The notes under the pieces: generated by a model
What the model saw: the letters and a program-made list of their open reading frames with translations, nothing else
Told to the model about the DNA's origin: nothing
Databases searched by the model: none
DNA from: Tubulanus polymorphus
Taxonomy: Eukaryota; Animalia; Nemertea
Direction: 5' to 3'
Assembly: GCF_964204645.1 (NCBI RefSeq)
Contig: NC_134028.1
Coordinates: forward strand, 27,307,345-27,371,344
Length of the DNA: 64,000 bases
Made by a program: the position numbers and the translations under genes
In this document: in pieces, positions 53,001 through 64,000 of the stretch
Position numbering within the stretch: position 1 is the stretch's first letter
Layout of the letters: each line of letters opens with the position of its first letter

Positions 53001-53799
53001 ACTCGATCTGAAATGATAGGTTAAGGTAAACTGAATTGATTTCGAGTAGATGGACTGAAAGATACAGATTTTTCTTGCAAAATAGGGTCCTAAAGATGAT
53101 GAATTCTATCTTAATTGATGGGTTAGGGTGTACTGAACTGATTTCAAATAGATAGGTTGAAAGAATCAGAATTTTCTGGCTGCTTTTGGTTCTGAAGATG
53201 ATGGATTCAATCTGAAAAGATGTGTTAAGGCGTATTGAACTGATTTAAAATAGATAGGTGGAAAGATTAAGAATTTTCTGGCTATTTATGCTCCTGAAGA
53301 TGATGGACTCGATCTGAAATGATAGGTTAAGGTAAACTGAACTGATTTCGAGTAGATGGACTTAAAGATACAGATTTTTCTTGCAAAATAGGGTCCTAAA
53401 GATGATGAGTTCTATCTTAATTGATGGGTTAGGGTGTACTGAACTGATTTCAAATAGATAGGTTGAAAGATTAAGAATTTTCTGGCTATTTATGCTCCTG
53501 AAGATGATGGACTCGATCTGAAATGATAGGTTAAGTTAAACTGAACTGATTTCGAGCAGATGGACTGAAAGATACAGATTTTTCTTGCAAAATAGGGTCC
53601 TAAAGATGATGAATTCTATCTTAATTGATGGGTTAGGGTGAACTGAACTGATTTCAAATAGATAGGTTGAAAGAATCAGAATTTTCTGGCTGCCTTTGGT
53701 TCTGAAGATGATGGACTCAATCTGAAAAGATGGGCTAAGGCGTATTGAACTGATTTCAAATAGATAGGTGGAAAGATTAAGAATTTTCTGGCTATTTAT

Positions 53800-56700
53800 G
53801 CTCCTGAAGATGATGGACTCGATCTGAAATGATAGGTTAAGGTAAACTGAACTGATTTCGAGTAGATGGACTGAAAGATACAAATTTTTCTTGCAAAATA
53901 GGGTCCTAAAGATGATGAATTCTATCTTAATTGATGGGTTAGGGTGAACTGAACTGATTTCAAATAGATAGGTTGAAAGAATCAGAATTTTCTGGCTGCT
54001 TTTGGTTCTGAAGATGATGGATTCAATCTGAAAAGATGGGCTAAGGCGTATTGAACTTATTTCAAATAGATAGGTGGAAATATTAAGAATTTTCTGGCTG
54101 CTTTTGGTTCTGAAGATAATGGATTCAATCTGAAAAGATGTGTTAAGGCGTATTGAACTGATTTCAAATAGATAGGTGCAAAGATTAAGAATTTTCTAGC
54201 TATTTATGCTCCTGAAGATGATTGACTCGATCTGAAATGATAGGTTAGGTAAACTGAACTGATTTCGAGTAGATGGACTGAAAGATACAGATTTTTCTTG
54301 CAAAATAGGGTCCTAAAGATGATGAGTTCTATCTTAATTGATGGGTTAGGGTGTACTGAACTGATTTCATATAGATAGGTTGAAAGAATCAGAATTTTCT
54401 TGCTGCTTTTGGTTCTGAAGATGATGGATTCAATCTGAAAAGATGGGCTAAGGCGTATTGAACTGATTTCAAATAGATAGGTGGAAAGATTAAGAATTTT
54501 CTGGCTATTTATGCTCCTGAAGATGATGGACTCGATCTGAAATGATAGGTTAAGGTAGACTGAACTGATTCTGAATAGATGGACTGAAAGATACAGATTT
54601 TTCTTGCAAAATAGGGTCCTAAAGATGATGAGTTCTATCTTAATTGATGGCTTAGGGTGTACTGAACTGATTTCAAATAGATAGGTGGAAAGATTAAGAA
54701 TTTTCTGGCTATTTATGCTCCTGAAGATGATGGACTCGATCTGAAATGATAGGTTAAGGTAAACTGAACTGATTTCGAGTAGATGGACTGAAAGATACAG
54801 ATTTTTCTTGCAAAATAGGGTCCTAAAGATGATGAATTCTATCTTAATTGATGGGTTAGGGTGTACTGAACTGATTTCAAATAGATAGGTTGAAAGAATC
54901 AGAATTTTCTGGCTGCTTTTGGTTCTGAAGATGATGGATTCAATCTGAAAAGATGTGTTAAGGCGTATTGAACTGATTTAAAATAGATAGGTGGAAAGAT
55001 TAAGAATTTTCTGGCTCTTTATGCTCCTGAAGATGATGGACTCGATCTGAAATGATAGGTTAAGGTAAACTGAACTGATTTCGAGTAGATGGACTGAAAG
55101 ATACAGATTTTTCTTGCAAAATAGGGTCCTAAAGATGATGAGTTCTATCTTAATTGATGGGTTAGGGTGTACTGAACTGATTTCAAATAGATAGGTGGAA
55201 AGATTAAGAATTTTCTGGCTATTTATGCTCCTGAAGATGATGGACTCGATCTGAAATGATAGGTTAAGGTAAACTGAACTGATTTCGAGCAGATGGACTG
55301 AAAGATACAGATTTTTCTTGCAAAATAGGGTCCTAAAGATGATGAATTCTATCTTAATTGATGGGTTAGGGTGAACTGAACTGATTTCAAATAGATAGGT
55401 GGAAAGAATCAGAATTTTCTGGCTGCCTTTGGTTCTGAAGATGATGGACTCAATCTGAAAAGATGGGCTAAGGCGTATTGAACTGATTTCAAATAGATAG
55501 GTGGAAAGATTAAGAATTTTCTGGCTATTTATGCTCCTGAGGATGATGCACTCGATCTGAAATGATAGGTTAAGGTAGACTGAACTGATTTCGAGTAGAT
55601 GGACTGAAAGATACAGATTTTTCTTGCAAAATAGGGTCCTAAAGATGATGAATTCTATCTTAATTGATGGGTAAGGGTGTACTGAACTGATTTCAAATAG
55701 ATAGGTTGAAAGAATCAGAATTTTCTGGCTGCTTTTGGTTCTGAAGATGATGGATTCAATCTGAAAAGATGTGTTAAGGCGCATTGAACTGATTTCAAAT
55801 AGATAGGTGGAAAGATTAAGAATTTTCTGGCTATTTATGCTCCTGAAGATGATGGACTCGATCTGAAATGATAGGTTAAGGTAAACTGAACTGATTTCGA
55901 GTAGATGGACTGAAAGATACAAATTTTTCTTGCAAAATAGGGTCCTAAAGATGATGAATTCTATCTTAATTGATGGGTTAGGGTGAACTGAACTGATTTC
56001 AAATAGATAGGTTGAAAGAATCAGAATTTTCTGGCTGCTTTTGGTTCTGAAGATGATGGATTCAATCTGAAAAGATGGGCTAAGGCGTATTGAACTTATT
56101 TCAAATAGATAGGTGGAAATATTAAGAATTTTCTGGCTGCTTTTGGTTCTGAAGATAATGGATTCAATCTGAAAAGATGTGTTAAGGCGTATTGAACTGA
56201 TTTCAAATAGATAGGTGCAAAGATTAAGAATTTTCTAGCTATTTATGCTCCTGAAGATGATTGACTCGATCTGAAATGATAGGTTAGGTAGACTGAACTG
56301 ATTTCGAGTAGATGGACTGAAAGATACAGATTTTTCTTGCAAAATAGGGTCCTAAAGATGATGAGTTCTATCTTAATTGATGGGTTAGGGTGTACTGAAC
56401 TGATTTCATATAGATAGGTTGAAAGAATCAGAATTTTCTTGCTGCTTTTGGTTCTGAAGATGATGGATTCAATCTGAAAAGATGGGCTAAGGCGTATTGA
56501 ACTGATTTCAAATAGATAGGTGGAAAGATTAAGAATTTTCTGGCTATTTATGCTCCTGAAGATGATGGACTCGATCTGAAATGATAGGTTAAGGTAGACT
56601 GAACTGATTCTGAATAGATGGACTGAAAGATACAGATTTTTCTTGCAAAATAGGGTCCTAAAGATGATGAGTTCTATCTTAATTGATGGCTTAGGGTGTA

Positions 56701-57050
56701 CTGAACTGATTTCAAATAGATAGGTTGAAAGATTAAGAATTTTCTGGCTATTTATGCTCCTGAAGATGATGGACTCGATCTGAAATGATAGGTTAAGGTA
56801 AACTGAACTGATTTCGAGTAGATGGACTGAAAGATACAGATTTTTCTTGCAAAATAGGGTCCTAAAGATGATGAATTCTATCTTAATTGATGGGTTAGGG
56901 TGTACTGAACTGATTTCAAATAGATAGGTTGAAAGAATCAGAATTTTCTGGCTGCTTTTGGTTCTGAAGATGATGGATTCAATCTGAAAAGATGTGTTAA
57001 GGCGTATTGAACTGATTTAAAATAGATAGGTGGAAAGATTAAGAATTTTC
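53800..57050. repeat. Block repeated at 2,039-bp offset carrying a cluster of private SNPs
   Basis: TATTAAG occurs at 54081 and 56120. GATAATGG, GGTGCAAAG, TTCTAGCT, TTCATATAG and TTCTTGCTGC each occur once per copy, in the same order. Confidence 0.85.
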
Positions 57051-58449
57051 TGGCTATTTATGCTCCTGAAGATGATGGACTCGATCTGAAATGATAGTTT
57101 AAGGTAAACTGAACTGATTTCGAGCAGATGGACTGAAAGATACAGATTTTTCTTGCAAAATAGGGTCCTAAAGATGATGAATTCTATCTTAATTGATGGG
57201 TTAGGGTGAACTGAACTGATTTCAAATAGATAGGTGGAAAGAATCAGAATTTTCTGGCTGCCTTTGGTTCTGAAGATGATGGACTCAATCTGAAAAGATG
57301 GGCTAAGGCGTATTGAACTGATTTCAAATAGATAGGTGGAAAGATTAAGAATTTTCTGGCTATTTATGCTCCTGAGGATGATGCACTCGATCTGAAATGA
57401 TAGGTTAAGGTAGACTGAACTGATTTCGAGTAGATGGACTGAAAGATACAGATTTTTCTTGCAAAATAGGGTCCTAAAGATGATGAATTCTATCTTAATT
57501 GATGGGTAAGGGTGTACTGAACTGATTTCAAATAGATAGGTTGAAAGAATCAGAATTTTCTGGCTGCTTTTGGTTCTGAAGATGATGGATTCAATCTGAA
57601 AAGATGTGTTAAGGCGCATTGAACTGATTTCAAATAGATAGGTGGAAAGATTAAGAATTTTCTGGCTATTTATGCTCCTGAAGATGATGGACTCGATCTG
57701 AAATGATAGGTTAAGGTAAACTGAACTGATTTCGAGTAGATGGACTGAAAGATACAGATTTTTCTTGCAAAATAGGGTCCTAAAGATGATGAAATCTATC
57801 TTAATTGATGGGTTAGGGTGTACTGAACTGATTTCAAATAGATAGGTGGAAAGATTAAGAATTTTCTGGCTATTTATGCTCCTGAAGATGATGGACTCGA
57901 TCTGAAATGATAGGTTAAGGTAAACTGAACTGATTTCGAGCAGATGGACTGAAAGATACAGATTTTTCTTGCAAAATAGGGTCCTAAGGATGATGAATTC
58001 TATCTTAATTGATGGGTTAGGGTGAACTGAACTGATTTCAAATAGATAGGTGGAAAGAATCAGAATTTTCTGGCTGCCTTTGGTTCTGAAGATGATGGAC
58101 TCAATCTGAAAAGATGGGCTAAGGCGTATTGAACTGATTTCAAATAGATAGGTGGAAAGATTAAGAATTTTCTGGCTATTTATGCTCCTGAAGATGATGG
58201 ACTCGATCTGAAATGATAGGTTAAGGTAAACTGAACTGATTTCGAGTAGTTGGACTGAAAAATACAGCTTTTCTTGCAAAATAGGGTCCTAAAGATGATG
58301 AATTCTATCTTAATTGATGGGTTAGGGTGTACTGAACTGATTTCAAATAGATAGGTTGAAAGAATCAGAATTTTCTGGCTGCTTTTGGTTCTGAAGATGA
58401 TGGATTCAATCTGAAAAGATGTGTTAAGGCGTATTGAACTGATTTCAAA

Positions 58450-61400
58450 TAGATAGGTGGAAAGATTAAGAATTTTCTGGCTATTTATGCTCCTGAAGAT
58501 GATTGACTCGATCTGAAATGATAGGTTAGGTAGACTGAACTGATTTCGAGTAGATGGACTGAAAGATACAGATTTTTCTTGCAAAATAGGGTCCTAAAGA
58601 TGATGAGTTCTATCTTAATTGATGGGTTAGGGTGTACTGAACTGATTTCAAATAGATAGGTGGAAAGATTAAGAATTTTCTGGTTATTTATGCTCCTGAA
58701 GATGATGGACTCGATCTGAAATGATAGGTTAAGGTAAACTGAACTGATTTCGAGTAGATGGACTGAAAGATACAGATTTTTCTTGCAAAACAGGGTCCTA
58801 AAGATGATGAATTCTATCTTAATTGATGGGTTAAGGCGTATTGAACTGATTTCAAATAGATAGGTGGAAAGAATCAGAATTTTCTGGCTGCCTTTGGTTC
58901 TGAAGATGATGGACTCAATCTGAAAAGATGGGCTAAGGCGTATTGAACTGATTTCAAATAGATAGGTGGAAAGATTAAGAATTTTCTGGCTATTTATGCT
59001 CCTGAAGATGATGGACTCGATCTGAAATGATAGGTTAAGGTAAACTGAACTGATTTCGAGTAGATGGACTGAAAGATACAAATTTTTCTTGCGAAATAGG
59101 GTCCTAAAGATGATGAATTCTATCTTAATTGATGGGTTAGGGTGTACTGAACTGATTTCAAATAGATAGGTGGAAAGATTAAGAATTTTCTGGCTATTTA
59201 TGCTCCTGAAGATGATGGACTCGATCTGAAATGATAGGTTAAGGTAGACTGAACTGATTCTGAATAGATGGACTGAAAGATACAGATTTTTCTTGCAAAA
59301 TAGGGTCCTAAAGATGATGAGTTCTATCTTAATTGATTGGTTAGGGTGTACTGAACTGATTTCAAATAGATAGGTGGAAAGATTAAGAATTTTCTGGCTA
59401 TTTATGCTCCTGAAGATGATGGACTCGATCTGAAATGATAGGTTAAGGTAAACTGAACTGATTTCGAGTAGATGGACTGAAAGATACAGATTTTTCTTGC
59501 AAAATAGGGTCCTAAAGATGATGAATTCTATCTTAATTGATGGGTTAGGGTGTACTGAACTGATTTCAAATAGATAGGTTGAAAGAATCAGAATTTTCTG
59601 GCTGCTTTTGGTTCTGAAGATGATGGATTCAATCTGAAAAGATGTGTTAAGGCGTATTGAACTGATTTCAAATAGATAGGTGGAAAGATTAAGAATTTTC
59701 TGGCTATTTATGCTCCTGAAGATGATGGACTCGATCTGAAATGATAGGTTAAGGTAAACTGAACTGATTTCGAGTAGATGGACTTAAAGATACAGATTTT
59801 TCTTGCAAAATAGGGTCCTAAAGATGATGAGTTCTATCTTAATTGATGGGTTAGGGTGTACTGAACTGATTTCAAATAGATAGGTTGAAAGATTAAGAAT
59901 TTTCTGGCTATTTATGCTCCTGAAGATGATGGACTCGATCTGAAATGATAGGTTAAGGTAAACTGAACCGATTTCGAGCAGATGGACTGAAAGATACAGA
60001 TTTTTCTTGCAAAATAGGGTCCTAAAGATGATGAATTCTATCTTAATTGATGGGTTAGGGTGAACTGAACTGATTTCAAATAGATAGGTGGAAAGAATCA
60101 GAATTTTCTGGCTGCCTTTGGTTCTGAAGATGATGGACTCAATCTGAAAAGATGGGCTAAGGCGTACTGAACTGATTTCAAATAGATAGGTGTAAAGATT
60201 AAGAATTTTCTGGCTATTTATGCTCCTGAAGATGATGGACTCGATCTGAAATGATAGGTTAAGGTAAACTGAACTGATTTCGAGTAGATGGACTGAAAGA
60301 TACAGATTTTTCTTGCAAAATAGGGTCCTAAAGATGATGAGTTCTATCTTAATTGATGGGTTAGGGTGTACTGAACTGATTTCAAATAGATAGGTTGAAA
60401 GATTAAGAATTTTCTGGCTATTTATGCTCCTGAAGATGATGGATTCGATCTGAAATGATAGGTTAAGGTAAACTGAACTGATTTCGAGCAGATGGACTGA
60501 AAGATACAGATTTTTCTTGCAAAATAGGGTCCTAAAGATGATGAATTCTATCTTAATTGATGGGTTAGGGTGAACTGAACTGATTTCAAATAGATAGGTG
60601 GAAAGAATCAGAATTTTCTGGCTGCCTTTGGTTCTGAAGATGATGGACTCAATCTGAAAAGATGGGCTAAGGCGTATTGAACTGATTTCAAATAGATAGG
60701 TGGAAAGATTAAGAATTTTCTGGCTATTTATGCTCCTGAGGATGATGCACTCGATCTGAAATGATAGGTTAAGGTAGACTGAACTGATTTCGAGTAGATG
60801 GACTGAAAGATACAGATTTTTCTTGCAAAATAGGGTCCTAAAGATGATGAATTCTATCTTAATTGATGGGTAAGGGTGTACTGAACTGATTTCAAATAGA
60901 TAGGTTGAAAGAATCAGAATTTTCTGGCTGCTTTTGGTTCTGAAGATGATGGATTCAATCTGAAAAGATGTGTTAAGGCGCATTGAACTGATTTCAAATA
61001 GATAGGTGGAAAGATTAAGAATTTTCTGGCTATTTATGCTCCTGAAGATGATGGACTCGATCTGAAATGATAGGTTAAGGTAAACTGAACTGATTTCGAG
61101 TAGATGGACTGAAAGATACAGATTTTTCTTGCAAAATAGGGTCCTAAAGATGATGAAATCTATCTTAATTGATGGGTTAGGGTGTACTGAACTGATTTCA
61201 AATAGATAGGTGGAAAGATTAAGAATTTTCTGGCTATTTATGCTCCTGAAGATGATGGACTCGATCTGAAATGATAGGTTAAGGTAAACTGAACTGATTT
61301 CGAGCAGATGGACTGAAAGATACAGATTTTTCTTGCAAAAAAGGGTCCTAAGGATGATGAATTCTATCTTAATTGATGGGTTAGGGTGAACTGAACTGAT

Positions 61401-62800
61401 TTCAAATAGATAGGTGGAAAGAATCAGAATTTTCTGGCTGCCTTTGGTTCTGAAGATGATGGACTCAATCTGAAAAGATGGGCTAAGGCGTATTGAACTG
61501 ATTTCAAATAGATAGGTGGAAAGATTAAGAATTTTCTGGCTATTTATGCTCCTGAAGATGATTGACTCGATCTGAAATGATAGGTTAGGTAGACTGAACT
61601 GATTTCGAGTAGATGGACTGAAAGATACAGATTTTTCTTGCAAAATAGGGTCCTAAAGATGATGAGTTCTATCTTAATTGATGGGTTAGGGTGTACTGAA
61701 CTGATTTCAAATAGATAGGTGGAAAGATTAAGAATTTTCTGGTTATTTATGCTCCTGAAGATGATGGACTCGATCTGAAATGATAGGTTAAGGTAAACTG
61801 AACTGATTTCGAGTAGATGGACTGAAAGATACAGATTTTTCTTGCAAAACAGGGTCCTAAAGATGATGAATTCTATCTTAATTGATGGGTTAAGGCGTAT
61901 TGAACTGATTTCAAATAGATAGGTGGAAAGAATCAGAATTTTCTGGCTGTCTTTGGTTCTGAAGATGATGGACTCAATCTGAAAAGATGGGCTAAGGCGT
62001 ATTGAACTGATTTCAAATAGATAGGTGGAAAGATTAAGAATTTTCTGGCTATTTATGCTCCTGAAGATGATGGACTCGATCTGAAATGATAGGTTAAGGT
62101 AAACTGAACTGATTTCGAGTAGATGGACTGAAAGATACAAATTTTTCTTGCGAAATAGGGTCCTAAAGATGATGAATTCTATCTTAATTGATGGGTTAGG
62201 GTGTACTGAACTGATTTCAAATAGATAGGTGGAAAGATTAAGAATTTTCTGGCTATTTATGCTCCTGAAGATGATGGACTCGATCTGAAATGATAGGTTA
62301 AGGTAGACTGAACTGATTCTGAATAGATGGACTGAAAGATACAGATTTTTCTTGCAAAATAGGGTCCTAAAGATGATGAGTTCTATCTTAATTGATGGGT
62401 TAGGGTGTACTGAACTGATTTCAAATAGATAGGTGGAAAGATTAAGAATTTTCTGGCTATTTATGCTCCTGAAGATGATGGACTCGATCTGAAATGATAG
62501 GTTAAGGAAAACTGAACTGATTTCGAGTAGATGGACTGAAAGATACAGATTTTTCTTGCAAAATAGGGTCCTAAAGATGATGAATTCTATCTTAATTGAT
62601 GGGTTAGGGTGTACTGAACTGATTTCAAATAGATAGGTTGAAAGAATCAGAATTTTCTGGCTGCTTTTGGTTCTGAAGATGATGGATTCAATCTGAAAAG
62701 ATGTGTTAAGGCGTATTGAACTGATTTCAAATAGATAGGTGGAAAGATTAAGAATTTTCTGGCTATTTATGCTCCTGAAGATGATGGACTCATCTGAAAT
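58450..62800. repeat. Block repeated at 3,059-bp offset (30 monomers minus 1 bp)
   Basis: GCGAAATAGG occurs at 59091 and 62150. ORFs 58485..59081 and 61544..62140 are near-identical. Confidence 0.8.
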
Positions 62801-64000
62801 GATAGGTTAAGGTAAACTGAACTGATTTCGAGCAGATGGACTGAAAGATACAGATTTTTCTTGCAAAATAGGGTCCTAAAGATGATGAATTCTATCTTAA
62901 TTGATGGGTTAGGGTGAACTGAACTGATTTCAAATAGATAGGTGGAAAGAATCAGAATTTTCTGGCTGCCTTTGGTTCTGAAGATGATGGACTCAATCTG
63001 AAAAGATGGGCTAAGGCGAATTGAACTGATTTCAAATAGATAGGTGGAAAGATTAAGAATTTTCTGGCTATTTATGCTCCTGAAGATGATGGACTCGATC
63101 TGAAATGATAGGTTAAGGTAAACTGAACTGATTTCGAGCAGATGGACTGAAAGATACAGATTTTTTTTGCAAAATAGGGTCCTAAAGATGATGAATTCTA
63201 TCTTAATTGATGGGTTAGGGTGAACTGAACTGATTTCAAATAGATAGGTGGAAAGAATCAGAATTTTCTGGCTGCCTTTGGTTCTGAAGATGATGGACTC
63301 AATCTGAAAAGATGGGCTAAGGCGTATTGAACTGATTTCAAATAGATAGGTGGAAAGATTAAGAATTTTCTGGCTATTTATGCTCCTGAAGATGATGGAC
63401 TCGATCTGAAATGATAGGTTAAGGTAGACTGAACTGATTCTGAATAGATGGACTGAAAAATACAGATTTTTCTTGCAAAATAGGGTCCTAAAGATGATGA
63501 GTTCTATCTTAATTGATGGGTTAGGGTGTACTGAACTGATTTCAAATAGATAGGTTGAAAGAATCAGAATTTTCTGGCTGCTTTTGGTTCTGAAGATGAT
63601 GGATTCAATCTGAAAAGATGGGCTAAGGCGTATTGAACTGATTTCAAATAGATAGGTGGAAAGATTAAGAATTTTCTGGCTATTTATGCTCCTGAAGATG
63701 ATGGACTTGATCTGAAATGATAGGTTAAGGTAAACTGAACTGATTTCGAGTAGATGGACTGAAAGATACAGATTTTTCTTGCAAAATAGGGTCCTAAAGA
63801 TGATGAAATCTATCTTAATTGATGGGTTAGGGTGTACTGAACTGATTTCAAATAGATAGGTGGAAAGATTAAGAATTTTCTGGCTATTTATGCTCCTGAA
63901 GATGATGGACTCGATCTGAAATGATAGGTTAAGGTAAACTGAACTGATTTCGAGCAGATGGACTGAAAGATACAGATTTTTCTTGCAAAATAGGGTCCTA

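Larger units (their letters stand above)
1913..64000. repeat. 102-bp satellite DNA array (~610 monomers, head-to-tail, runs off the right end of the window)
   Basis: The anchor TGAACTGATTTC recurs at 102-bp spacing (e.g. 2191, 2293, 2395; 2599, 2701, 2803). I saw no foreign insertion or inversion. Monomer B is about 34% GC with a + strand skew of 24 G to 11 C. Confidence 0.98.

Noticed and set aside
4407-62140. The ~24 long minus-strand ORFs as separate protein-coding genes
   Set aside because: All are the same repeat frame. Their starts are chance SNP-created ATG/GTG/TTG codons or frameshifted entries, their ends are point stops or indels, and they have no unique domains.
1913-64000. TPR (34 aa) or ankyrin repeat protein
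   Set aside because: The length fits TPR, but the conserved small residues (G/A) and the W-L-G-Y-A-P pattern are absent, and there is no ankyrin TPLH motif.
1913-64000. + strand protein under a reassigned genetic code (e.g. xTDFKxIGGKIKNFLAIYAPEDDGLDLK)
   Set aside because: It would need both TGA and TAG recoded, and aligned positions swap GGA/TGA and TAG/CAG/AAG/TAA freely. It is simply the in-register antisense of the minus frame.
1913-64000. CRISPR array
   Set aside because: The sequences between the conserved boxes are themselves repeated, so there are no unique spacers, and no cas genes are present.
1913-64000. Tandem tRNA, 5S or snRNA gene array
   Set aside because: No Pol III A/B boxes, cloverleaf or recognisable RNA-family sequence in the monomers.

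Overview
The window has two parts. Bases 1-~1,900 are AT-rich, non-repetitive and eukaryote-like, with no credible gene. They hold a 19-bp perfect inverted repeat (470-488 / 1141-1159, a possible TTAA-type MITE), a degenerate ~110-bp periodicity and telomere-like motifs. From ~1,913 to the window end (about 62 kb, roughly 610 monomers) lies one uninterrupted head-to-tail tandem array with a 102-bp monomer. It has three main monomer types (A, B, C; about 75-83% identical), ordered as 306-bp ABC trimers mixed with 204-bp BC dimers. The edge zone (to ~16.5 kb) is more divergent, and the interior shows nested recent duplications of 918, 1428, 1632, 2039, 2322, 3059 and 8055 bp. Every long ORF in the track is the same minus-strand frame of this repeat (34 codons per monomer), which stays open for up to ~9 kb. 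That is the most intriguing feature, but propagated stops and frameshifts and the amino-acid composition make satellite DNA the more likely reading than a giant gene. I found no recognisable protein-coding gene, RNA gene or CRISPR array.
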